NCBI GenBank assembly: GCA_964036045.1
Contig: OZ038378.1
Coordinates: 181,846,001 to 181,910,000, forward strand
Direction: 5' to 3'
DNA length: 64,000 bases
Source: Eutreptiella sp. 'Long Island Sound 2002'
Taxonomy: Eukaryota; Protista; Euglenida
The position numbers and the translations under genes are program-made. The notes beneath the pieces are model-generated. The model searched no databases. It saw only the letters and a program-made list of their open reading frames with translations, and had not been told where the DNA came from. Position 1 is the first letter of the stretch, and each line of letters opens with the position of its first letter. Positions 12,154 through 23,283 of this stretch are shown in pieces.

Positions 12154-12717
12154 GCTAAACTTGGTAGGTCCACCCTAGACACTAAAAAGGGTTATAAAAC
12201 CAAGACTGGTTCCACCAGCTTGGTGACCCTAACCCTAGCTCTCACCCTAGGCTAGGGTCAGAGTGAGTGATGGGGTCCAAAATGGAGAGCAATGATGTGG
12301 CAAAAGCAGCCATGAACGAAATTTGGGGCATCTTGTTCAGCCCAATCAACATGGCTGGCATGGCCAAACTAGCTAGCTGCAAAGGTTAGGGTTAGTTTTA
12401 TGGTGATGGTATGGTTAGAGGGAGGGCAAGGGGAGGTAAGGGGAGCCTGTGCCCCCCCCCCCCCACACCTCAAATTGCCCCACCTGGATCCCCCCCCCCC
12501 CACCCCAACTTGCCCCACCTGGACACCCCCCCCCCCAACGGACCCTCCCGAACCCCCCCCCCCAAGCCCCTCCTAGACCCCCCCCCATTCGCCCCTCCTT
12601 GACCCACCCCCCTCCCATGCCCCCCCCCCCCCCCCCCCCCCCCCCCAAGGGGCCTCCGGCCAACAGTTAGTTGGGGGGGTAGTTGGCGTCCAGAACCGAG
12701 GGGTCGCCCCCCCCGGG
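10805..12717. mobile_element. 1.9-kb non-autonomous TIR element, 8-bp TSD
   Basis: Imperfect ~40-bp TIRs (CCCGGGGGGGGCGAC...GGACGCCAACTACCCC / GGGGTAGTTGGCGTCC...GTCGCCCCCCCCGGG); exact TSD GCGTTCAC at 10797-10804 and 12718-12725; no transposase ORF; related copy at 56892-59162. Confidence 0.88.
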
Positions 12718-15700
12718 GCGTTCACCAGCCGTTTCTTGTTTTCAGTTACCAGCCTCCAACCATCGGTGATCCCCCGTCGTTGGTCCCGTTCTCGACATTT
12801 TCATTCTGGAGGGGCATGCTCATGGGATTCTTTATGGACCGGTAGATTTCAGCCCCCATCGCTCTGTCCCCGCGTCCCTCTGCAGTTGCGATGAGTTTAT
12901 TTAACTGCCGTGCCACCAAAGTCCCTAAACAAGTGGCGGCTGACCTGCAAACGCTGTGTGTGTGTTGTTGTTGTTGTGCGTGTTCTGTATGTATGTGTCT
13001 GTGTTGCGTGTATGTGGATGTGTGGTGCCCTCCTTTGATTCCGACGTTTGCGCTGCTTCAGAAACGCGCCTCGTTGCGCAATACTTTTTGTTGTTTGCGG
13101 TCTGACGCTTTGCTGTTGTCGATGGAAGCCTGTGTGCGCGCGCGCGTTATGTGTCTTTGTGCGACTGTCTGACTGGCCTTGTCAGGAACTCATCCTGAGC
13201 TTCGGCCAATGCAATGGTGTGTCGTGTGCAGGTCTGTGCCTGTGCCTGTGTCTGTTTTTTTTATTAGTAAAACTGCACTCACGCCCTATTGCGGCTGAGG
13301 TGGGCGAAACACTTGGAAACGCTGGGGGCTGCACATTTCTTTTGCCGTCTTATTGCTCCACCGTCATAGCGGCAAGAAGGTGACAGTTCTATATATGTAT
13401 TGAGGTGAAGCATTCACAACAGCGCCTTCGCAGCAACAACACGGAACCTGGTCGATCCCCCCGGGCATGTACCCTACCGCCGCCTGTCCTTCCCCAACCC
13501 CCGTTGTGCATCACCCAGCACCAACTTCCCCGGCATTTCCGCATTCAAAGCGCTGCACTGTCGTGCTTGGGCCACTGGCCTCACACACGCCGGATTTGGT
13601 ATGAAGGCAGGCGTAATTCTGCGCAAGACGAGAAAGGTCGCTGCGATCGACGCCAGTAACCCACTCTTTCGAAGCGGTATTGGTCAATTATGAAGTGGAT
13701 TGTGCCTGTGCTCTGTCATGCCTTTTGTGAGGCATCGCTCATAGTATTGACGAGTGGTGCAGGGCTGGTTTTGTGAGGCCTGTTTTGGAAGATGTACGTC
13801 TCTACCTCCACCCACGCGACGGTTCCCTGCGACCCCCTGGGGAATGGTAGCCAATCAAACCTGTACCATTCACAGCACAGGCATACCGGTATGATATGGG
13901 AATTCCTCATTTTCAGGAAGGCTGCGTGCTGTGGGCGCTTGGATATTGACACACTGGTGTGGCAAGTGGGAAAAAGTGGCAGTCAAAGCCAAGTGAGGTC
14001 ACTTTCTCACAGTGTTGGTGCTTTGCTGCTCTTTTCTGTGTGTGCAAATGTTTCCAAAAAGCCTAGGATATCAAAACAAGTGGTTCAAAAACAATCATGG
14101 ACCACATACCTATGGTGTAGTGCAGTCTGTCTAAAACCTGGCCAGAAAAGGCAAAAAGAAACGCAAACGTCAACTGTAATGGCCGATTTTCGAGAAAAAA
14201 AAATGGTGTCGCCCCCCCGCTACTCATACATCTCTGGAAAGCCCTTGAAATATTACCCACATACCCCCACCTCCAGGACACTCAGTGGACACAAATGAGG
14301 CAACAATGGCACCCATCCCCGAAGAACCTCCGTGTTGGCAACAATGCCGCGAGATATTGGACTCACTACAACGCATATCACATCCACCACAACGTGTATT
14401 GCATTCACTACAATGTGTATTACATTCACTATGACGCATATTACTTTTCTACAAGGCCGCAAAGGACAGCAGAAGAAGTAATCCTGCTGCAGGTATCAGT
14501 CAGTTTGCAGTGCCCAATTCGCCGTGTCGCCCTTAGCATCCCTATATCCAAGAGTGCTCTCTACAGACACAGACGAAATTGAGGCATGGTGGTCACTGGT
14601 GCCGCTTTTTCTTCTTTCTGGTTGGGCCTCCACCCCCTCCACCCCATTTTTTTTGCTGGGGAATCCGTTTTTCAGAGTGTTGGGTTGTGGTTTCATGAGT
14701 GAATGCAATACACATTATATACAACGTAATCTGCGTAGTAGAAAACATACTAAGAGCTGTAGAAAGTGGACTGAGCGTTGTCGATGAACGCATACCAGTG
14801 GAAGTGCGGCCCCTACTAGGTGCCACCTTTCGACAAGGAGGAAACCTTTGATCAAGGATGGCTGGAAGCAGGAAACAAGAAGAGAGCAGGCCTGCCATGA
14901 AGCGTGGGTGGTGCGGGGTCCCAGCGGCTCTCTGGCGCCCAGTCATGGGTGCAGACCTGCTCTGTGGGGCTGTGCGGTCCCCCCCTTGCGCAAGCACCGA
15001 CTTGTCCAAGCATGGGACCCTGTCTGACGGTCATTTTCCTGGTTTTTTCTGACCGCAGTTTTTGTGGTCAGAAATGTCACGTGACGTTGTTGTGCTCCAA
15101 TTGTAGCAGGAAAAGGGGCCTGGATCATGCGTGTGGTGGTTCCTCCCCTGCCCATACCAACATTCTGCTTGCGACTGCAGCCCAATGCAGTACATTTTGA
15201 TGTGATTTTCAGCCATGGTTAATGTTGCTATTGCTGGCATGGCTGTTCCGTACATACGGTATTTAAGATGAGGCGCAAGGTTGGAAAGGGCTTCTATTCC
15301 ACAGCTCCTGATGCCCCTGATGGGCGGTGAGGACGTCCAGAACATGCTGAAATTTGCCTGCACATTGTGTTCTGGCGCCCTGTTGTGACCAGTGGGGTTG
15401 GGGTGAGGGGGTGAAGTATGGGCAGGTGTTCGCCACCTGCATTCTTTTGGTACTGTGTGTCGCGCGCAAGCACGACCCCATCTGACCGTTGTTTTCCTGA
15501 CTTTCAGCGTGCTTGCGAAAGGCGGCGGGGGGGGGGGGGGGTATGACTGCATCTCCTCTGTTAGGGTGGCTGTTGTTGTTCCTGGGCTGGCTGTTGTTGT
15601 GGCTGGGTGGGCATTGGCATTACTGGGGCAACTGTCACTGTTCCATTACCTGGAAGTGCGTCATGGGTGGGTTTAGATTGGTCAGTGACAATTTATGTGC

Positions 15701-15900
15701 TTGCCAGGGCTTGGCAGGCATGCTTGTGTCGTCGTCTCATGTCGTTTCGCATCATGTTGTGTGGGGTTGGGTTATGTTGGGCTGAGTTGTGTTGAGTTGG
15801 GTTTGGTTGTGGTGGGGTGGGTTGGACTCTTGCTGACTCAAGGTCCGGGGTATTTTGCCCCATCATATTGATCTTCAATGCATCCGTGCACTGCGCCTGT

Positions 15901-15910
15901 GTCCCTGTAG
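15901..15910 (+). promoter_or_regulatory. Candidate trans-splice acceptor of the AKR gene
   Basis: Pyrimidine-rich CCTGTGTCCCTGTAG 16 nt upstream of ATG 15927; SL trans-splicing is inferred from the euglenid-like context. Confidence 0.3.
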
Positions 15911-15926
15911 CTCAGCGGAGTTCACG

Positions 15927-16127
15927 ATGGCAAGAACTGTTAAACTGAACACTGGAGCTGAGATGCCGACCATTGCCCTTGGGACTTGGAAGAGTCCCGT
16001 GGGCCAGACTGGCCAGGCTGTAAAAGCTGCCATTCGTGCGGGGTACCGCAACATCGACTGTGCCAATGACTATGGGAACGAGGCGGAAATCGGTGCAACA
16101 CTGAAGGAGCTTTTCGAAAGCGGTGAG
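15927..16127 (+). CDS. Aldo-keto reductase exon 1
   Basis: [23 protein letters not shown]...[18 protein letters not shown] (catalytic Asp and Tyr); GAG|GT donor at 16128. Six exons sum to 1071 nt = 356 aa plus stop with consistent phases. Confidence 0.93.
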
Positions 16128-16339
16128 GTGTCCCCGTGCGCGTGCATGCGTGCGGGTGCGTGGGGGAGACCCGAAGTATTGGAAGGCGACCCGATCATGT
16201 GGTACCTCGTACCTGCAGACGGAAGAAATGGCGAAAGTGCTACGACATCGGTGTCTGTTCCTGCAGACGAGAGTGTTCCCCAATGAATCGACGTGGGATC
16301 ACAGTTTTGTTTGTTCTTGGGAATTGGAGGATACAAACC

Positions 16340-16443
16340 CTCCAGAAGCCACAAGAAAGTAACTGCAACCATTCAGAAGCCTCCAGGAAATGGCTGCAAC
16401 CATCCAGATGCCGCCAGGAAATCAGTGCAACCATCCAGAACCC
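16340..16443. repeat. ~31-bp imperfect tandem repeat, 3-4 copies
   Basis: GCAACCATYCAGAWGCCDCCAGGAAAT-like units read directly. Confidence 0.6.
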
Positions 16444-17261
16444 ATCCTTATGAGCAATCTTGTGCTGTGCAAAGTGAACGGAATGCGGTGGCATTTCAAT
16501 TTGAATACCATTGCAGAGTCCATAGACCAAATCAAGGGGTTTGGAAACTTCACTAATGTTCGGCAGATGTATCCCCCCACCCCCACCCCACCCCATGGGC
16601 TTATTTAGGCTTAGTTCCCCCCGCGCTCTCCGTTTGACCGGTCGACGTTGGCTGGTCGGTTGTAGAACCAGTCCGGACGCGCCGCTTGTGTGCCAAACGA
16701 ACGGCCAATTTACGGAGGGTTGCTCAAGGCTTTTGTGTGTGCCTTCCTGCACTCCCAACAGCGAGGGCAATGTCAATAAGGCCTTCGGGCGTTTTCAATT
16801 CTTCAGGGCAGGCAATTTTGCCTGACAGAGCCATATTCTCGCCAAGTCTCGACAACGGTGACCCTGTCATTGTACTTCGACTCGAAGACAGCTGTGCGAT
16901 TGTTTGCCGGATGGCGAGGCTGCTTTTGTCACATACTCGCGCGCGCGCCCCCGTGTGCGAACAAACCCACTCGCATGCCATTCTTGCTTGCCCCTTCATG
17001 TGTGATATCTGTGGGTGGGTACAAGCTGCAATTCACAGCCACGAAGTGTATTGATGCATGGATGGCATTACGACCCCCCCCCCCTCTTTTTTGCTGCTCC
17101 CCTGCATGTGGATGCTGTAAGCGCATTGGCCGTCGCCCACCCCACCGCAACCCTGGCATCGAGGATGCTGTCGCCCGACTTGGCTGTGCAAGGGGACACA
17201 CAAATTGGGGCCCCACCCCAACCCAACGTAACCCTAACCGAACCCGACCCAAGACCACACG

Positions 17262-17550
17262 GCACAACACAACAAAACACACCACACCACACCACACCAT
17301 GCAACGCAACGCAGCACAGCACAGCACAAAACAGCACAAAACCCAACACAACACAACACAACACAACACAACACAACACAACACAACACAACACAACACA
17401 ACACAACACAACACAACACAACACAACACAACACAACACAACGCAACGCAACGCAACGCAACGCAACACAACACAACACAACACAACACAACACAACACA
17501 ACACAACACAACACAACACAACACAACACAACACAACACAACACAACACA
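17262..17550. repeat. (CAACA)n/(CAACG)n pentamer array
   Basis: Read directly; abuts the left end of the 47-bp satellite. Confidence 0.95.
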
Positions 17551-20500
17551 GGCAGTGCATTGCAGGAGTTGCACTGTCCACTGCCCCCAGGCAGTGAGGC
17601 GGTGCATTGCAGGAGTAGCACTGCCCACTGCCCCCAGGCAGTGAGGCAGTACATTGCAGGAGTTGCACTGTCCATCGCCCCTAGGGCAGTGGGGCAGTGC
17701 ATTGCAGGAGTTGCACTGCCCACTGCCCCCAGGCAGTGAGGCAGTGCATTGCAGGAGTTGCACTGCCCACTGCCCCCAGGCAGTGAGGCAGTGCGTTGCA
17801 GGAGTTGCACTGCCTACTGCCCCAGGGCAGTGAGGCAGTGCATTGCAGGAGTTCCACTGCCCACTGCCCCCAGGCAGTGGGGCAGTGCATTGCAGGAGTT
17901 GCGGTGTCCAGTGCCCCCAGGCAGTGAGGCAGTGCATTGCAGGAGTTGCACTGCCCACTGCCCCCAGGGCAGTGAGGCAGTGCATTGCAGGAGTTGCGGT
18001 GTCCACTGCCCCCAGGCAGTGAGGCAGTGCATTGCAGGAGTTGCACTGCCAACTGCTCCCAGGCAGTCAGGCAGTGCATTGCAGGAGTTGCACGGCCTAC
18101 TGCCCCTGGGCAGTGAGGCAGTGCATTGCAGGAGTTGCACTGCCCACTGCCCCCGGGCAGTGGGGCAGTGCATTGCAGGAGTTGCACTGCCCACTGCCCC
18201 CAGACAGTGAGGCAGTGCATTGCAGGAGTTGCACTGTCCACTGCCCCCAGGCAGTGGGGCGGTGCATTGCAGGAGTTGCACTGCCCACTGCCCCCAGGGC
18301 AGTGAGGCAGTACATTGCAGGAGTTGCACTGTCCACTGCCCCTAGGGCATTGAGGCAGTGCATTGCAGGAGTTGCACTGTCCACTGCCCCCAGGCAGTGA
18401 GGCAGTGCATTGCAGGAGTTGCACTGCCCACTGCCCCCAGGCAGTGGGGCAGTGCATTGCAGGAGTTACACTGCCCACTGCCCCCGGGCAGTGAGGCAGT
18501 GCATTGCAGGAGTTGCACTGCCCACTGCCCCCAGGCAGTGCGGCAGTGCATTGCAGGAGTGGCACTGCCCACTGCCCCCAGGCAGTGAGGCAGTGCATTG
18601 CAGGAGTTGCACTACCCACTGCCCCCAGGCAGTGGGGCAGTGCATTGCAGGAGTTGCACTGCCCACTGCCCCCGGGCAGTGAGGCAGTGCATTGCAGGAG
18701 TTGCACTGTCCACTGCCCCCAGGCAGTGAGGCAGTACATTGGAGGAGTTGCACCGCCCACTGCCCCCAGGCAGTGAGGCAGTGCATTGCGGGAGTTGCAC
18801 TGCCCACTGCCCCCGGGCAGTGGGGCAGTGCATTGCAGGAGTTGCACTGCCCACTGCCCCCAGACAGTGAGGCAGTGCATTGCAGGAGTTGCACTGTCCA
18901 CTGCCCCCAGGCAGTGGAGCGGTGCATTGCAGGAGTTGCACTGCCCATTGCCCCCAGGGCAGTGAGGCAGTGCATTGCAGGAGTTGCACTGCCCACTGCC
19001 TCCAGGCAGTAAGGCAGTGCATTGCAGGAGTTGCACTGCCCACTGCCCTCAGGGCAGTGAGGCAGTGCATTGCAGGAGCTGCACTGTCCACTGCCCCCAG
19101 GCAGTGAGGCAGTGCATTGCAGGGGTTGCACGGCCTACTGCCCCAGGGCAGTGAGGCAGTGCATTGCAGGAGTTGCACTGCCAACTGCCCCCAGGCAGTG
19201 AGGCAGTACATTGCAGGAGTTGCACTGCCCACTGCCCCTAGGGCAGTGAGGCAGTGCATTGCAGGAGTTGCACTGCCCACTGCCCCTAGGGCAGTGAGGC
19301 AGTGCATTGCAGGAGCTGCACTGTCCACTGCCCCCAGGCAGTGGGGCAGTGCATTGCAGGAGTTGCACTGCCCACTGCCCCCAGGCAGTGAGGCAGTGCA
19401 TTGCAGGAGTAGCACTGTCCACTGCCCCAAGGCAGTGAGGCAGTGCATTGCAGGAGTTGCACTGCCCACTGCCCCCAGGCAGTGAGGCAGTGCATTGCAG
19501 GAGTAGCACTGTCCACTGCCCCAAGGCAGTGAGGCCCTGCATTGCAGGAGTTGCACTGCCCACTGCCCCCAGGCAGTGAGGCAGTGCATTGCAGGGGTTG
19601 CACGGCCTACTGCCCCAGGGCAGTGAGGCAGTGCATTGCAGGAGTTGCACTGTCCACTGCCCCCAGGCAGTGAGGCAGTACATTGCAGGAGTTGCACTGC
19701 CCAGTGCCCCTAGGGCAGTGAGGCAGTGCATTGCAGGAGCTGCACTGTTCACTGCCCCCAGGCAGTGAGGCAGTGCATTGCAGGAGTTGCACTGCCCACT
19801 GGCCCCAGGCAGTGGGGCAGTGCATTGCAGGAGTTGCAATGCCTACTGCCCCAGGGCAGTGAGGCAGTGCATTGCAGGAGTTGCACTGCCCGCTGCCCCC
19901 AGGCAGTGAGGCAGTGCATTGCAGGAGTCACACTCCCTCACTGCCCCAGGGCAGTGAGGCAGTGCATTGCAGGAGTTGCACTGTCCACTGCCCCCAGGCA
20001 GTGAGGCAGTGCATTGCAGGAGTTGCACTGCCCACTGCCCCCAGGCAGTGAGGCAGTGCATTGCAGGAGTTGCACTGCCCACCGCCCCCAGGCAGTGAGG
20101 CAGTGTATTGCAGGAGTTGCACTGCCCAGTGCCCCTCGGGCAGTGAGGCAGTGCATTGCAGGAGCTGCACTGTCCACTGCCCCCAGGCAGTGAGGCAGTA
20201 CATTGCAGGAGTTGCACTGCCCACTGCCCCTAGGGCAGTGAGGCAGTGCATTGCAGGAGCTGCACTGTCCACTGCCCCCAGGCAGTGAGGCAGTGCATTG
20301 CAGGAGTAGCACTGTCCACTGCCCCAAGGCAGTGAGGCAGTGCATTGCAGGAGTTGCACTGCCCACTGCCCCCAGGCAGTGAGGCAGTGCATTGCAGGAG
20401 TAGCACTGTCCACTGCCCCCAGGCAGTGAGGCAGTGCATTGCAGGAGTTGCACTGCCCACTGCCCCCAGGCAGTGAGGCAGTGCATTGCAGGGGTTGCAC

Positions 20501-21113
20501 GGCCTACTGCCCCAGGGCAGTGAGGCAGTGCATTGCAGGAGTTGCACTGTCCACTGCCCCCAGGCAGTGAGGCAGTACATTGCAGGAGTTGCACTGCCCA
20601 GTGCCCCTAGGGCAGTGAGGCAGTGCATTGCAGGAGCTGCACTGTCCACTGCCCCCAGGCAGTGAGGCAGTGCATTGCAGGAGTTGCACTGCCCACTGGC
20701 CCCAGGCAGTGGGGCAGTGCATTGCAGGAGTTGCACTGCCTACTGCCCCAGGGCAGTGAGGCAGTGCATTGCAGGAGTTGCACTGCCCGCTGCCCCCAGG
20801 CAGTGAGGCAGTGCATTGCAGGAGTCACACTCCCTCACTGCCCCAGGGCAGTGAGGCAGTGCATTGCAGGAGTTGCACTGTCCACTGCCCCCAGGCAGTG
20901 AGGCAGTGCATTGCAGGAGTTGCACTGCCCACTGCCCCCAGGCAGTGAGGCAGTGCATTGCAGGAGTTGCACTGCCCACCGCCCCCAGGCAGTGGGGCAG
21001 TGTATTGCAGGAGGTCCACTGCCCACTGCCCCCGGGCAGTGCGGCAGTGTATTGCAGGAGGTCCACTGCCCACTGCCCTAGGGCAGTGAGGCAGTGCATT
21101 GCGGGAGTGCACT
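17551..21113. repeat. 47-bp palindromic satellite, about 75 units, in AKR intron 1
   Basis: Consensus GGCAGTGAGGCAGTGCATTGCAGGAGTTGCACTGCCCACTGCCCCCA repeated head to tail with minor variants; no unique spacers. Confidence 0.96.
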
Positions 21114-21234
21114 GGTCCGGCAATGCAACAACACACTTACGCACAGCGCGCACACAACACACACAGCCCAGCCCGTTTACCTGTACCCGTGGGTAGACAT
21201 CCCGGCCTTTTGCCTTTTGGTAACAGCGCCTTCG

Positions 21235-21630
21235 GCACAACACAACACAACACAACGCAACGCAACGCAACGCAACGCAACGCAACGCAACGCAACGCAA
21301 CGCAACGCAACGCAACGCAACGCAACGCAACGCAACGCAACACAGCACAACACAACACAACACAACACAACACAACACAACACAACACAACACAACACAA
21401 CACAACACAACACAACACAACACAACACAACACAACACAACACAACACAACACAACACAACACAACACAACACAACACAACACAACACAACACAACACAA
21501 CACAACACAACACAACACAACACAACACAACACAACACAATACAATACAATACAACAACACAACACAACGTAACGCAACGCAACAACACAACACACGACC
21601 GGACACGACACCAAACAACACAACATACAC
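21235..21630. repeat. (CAACG)n/(CAACA)n pentamer array
   Basis: Read directly; same orientation and same CGGCACAACACAAC start as the array at 17262. Confidence 0.95.
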
Positions 21631-21656
21631 ACAGGCACCCACGTCGGTTGATGCAG

Positions 21657-21852
21657 ATCAAACGAGAGGAGCTTTTTATCCAGTGCAAACTTTACAACGC
21701 AAACCACCGCAAAGATCACGTGAAGCCGGACTTGATGGCCAGTCTGGAGGACCTCCAGTTGGACTATGTGGATTCGTTCGTCATTCACTGGCCCCAGGCC
21801 TGTCCTTCGACTGGGGAGGCCCCTGCGTACAACAAACATGGGGCACATCCAG
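21657..21852 (+). CDS. Aldo-keto reductase exon 2
   Basis: CAG acceptor; IKREELFIQCKLYN...DYVDSFVIHWPQ (catalytic Lys and His); CAG|GT donor at 21853, phase 1. Confidence 0.9.
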
Positions 21853-22305
21853 GTGCACTTGTGACCTATTGCCCTGCATTCCTGAACTGCCCCGTCAAAG
21901 CGAGCACAAGAATCATGATATTCAATCGAATACAAGGAGGACGCCCGAATATGACATTCGTCAATGATTCGTCACGAGGAAAGTTGATTATTCCATTCCT
22001 CTGTTTTCACAGACTTCATCAGATAATCCTTGATAGCTACACACATACCATAGTTTTTCGCACCTGGCTGCGGCCTCAACATCAGCCCCAATGCGTCCAT
22101 AGTGTTAATGTCGCAACATTCCTGTGAGGCAGAATTTTACATTTAAGGCCATTTGCAGACCGCAAAGCTCCCCCGGCGGATCACGTGCCCGTCAGACCCA
22201 CTGTGGGAGAGCATTAGTGCGCCGGCCAACTTTTTTGACCATTCCCCACCCGTGCCTGTTTTTGTCCCCCCCCCCCCCACCCTCACCAAACAATCCACAA
22301 ATTGA

Positions 22306-22510
22306 GTGGCCCCTTGAGTTGGGGATATGGACTCTCATGCTTTGGTGTTGCCCCTAGAGTTGGGGTGATGGACTCCCACGCTTCGGTGTGGCCTTGCGAG
22401 CTGGGGTTAAGGACTGCCACCCTTCGGCGTGGCCCCTCGAGTTGGGGTTAAGGACTCCCACCCTCCGATGTGGCCCCTTGAGTTTCAGTTAAGGACTTCC
22501 ACGCTTCGGT
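22306..22510. repeat. 41-bp minisatellite, 5 copies
   Basis: GTGGCCCCTCGAGTTGGGGTTAAGGACTCCCACGCTTCGGT-like units with exact 41-bp periodicity. Confidence 0.85.
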
Positions 22511-23107
22511 GTGGTCACATTGGCCTCCCAACAGTATCCGACATTGCGAGTGTGCCTGTGTGCCATGGGCACGTCACTGTGCATATCTATGTAAGTGCCC
22601 ATCCCACATTTATTGTGGGATGGGGTACGTAGGTGAAGTTCAGTGGCAATGTGCGAAGCCATTCAAGCTTTTGAAGTGCAAATAATAATCACATTTGTTT
22701 TTCCTGGGATGATTTGATCATGAGGAGCAAAATCATCCAAAACCTGTACAAAACAGGAACCGTTTTTTCTGACCACAACCATGATTTCCCCAGTTTAATC
22801 CCTTCCTTGTTTAACAACCGTCCATACACATATTCTAGTGTTATGGACCCATCTCCGTGGGTCCGACGAGCACCTGGAATGTGCTGAAGCCCCGCAGTGA
22901 AGCCTGGGCATGAGTGGGGTTTATACCGCTAAAATACAGCTACGCCCCACTTCTGGTTTTTTTTTATCAGAGATACTGTCGATCTCAGTGGACTGAGGGC
23001 TGCTGTTGTGCCGTGGCTGTTTTTATGGTGCCTGTGTGTGGCTAATCCCATCAGGCACAAAGTCCCACACAATTTTCTTCCGTTACATGTGCACATTTGT
23101 GTTGTAG

Positions 23108-23283
23108 GGCCCAGAGGGAGCGGAGTGATGTTCCCGCTCGAGGAGGATGGCCGCTACTGCAGCGACAATGAGAGCCATTACATCGAGACGTGGCATGCGA
23201 TGGAGGATTTGGTGGACGAGGGGCTCTGCAAGTCCATTGGCCTATCCAATTTCAATGGGAGACAGATCCGTGAGATTTTGCAG
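23108..23283 (+). CDS. Aldo-keto reductase exon 3
   Basis: TAG acceptor, phase 1; ...ETWHAMEDLVDEGLCKSIGLSNFNGRQIREILQ; CAG|GT donor at 23284. Confidence 0.92.

Noticed and set aside
17551-21113. CRISPR-like appearance of the palindromic 47-bp array, and its ORFs of up to 451 aa
   Set aside because: Units are contiguous with no unique spacers and no cas genes; the ORFs are stop-free translations of the repeat lying in an intron.
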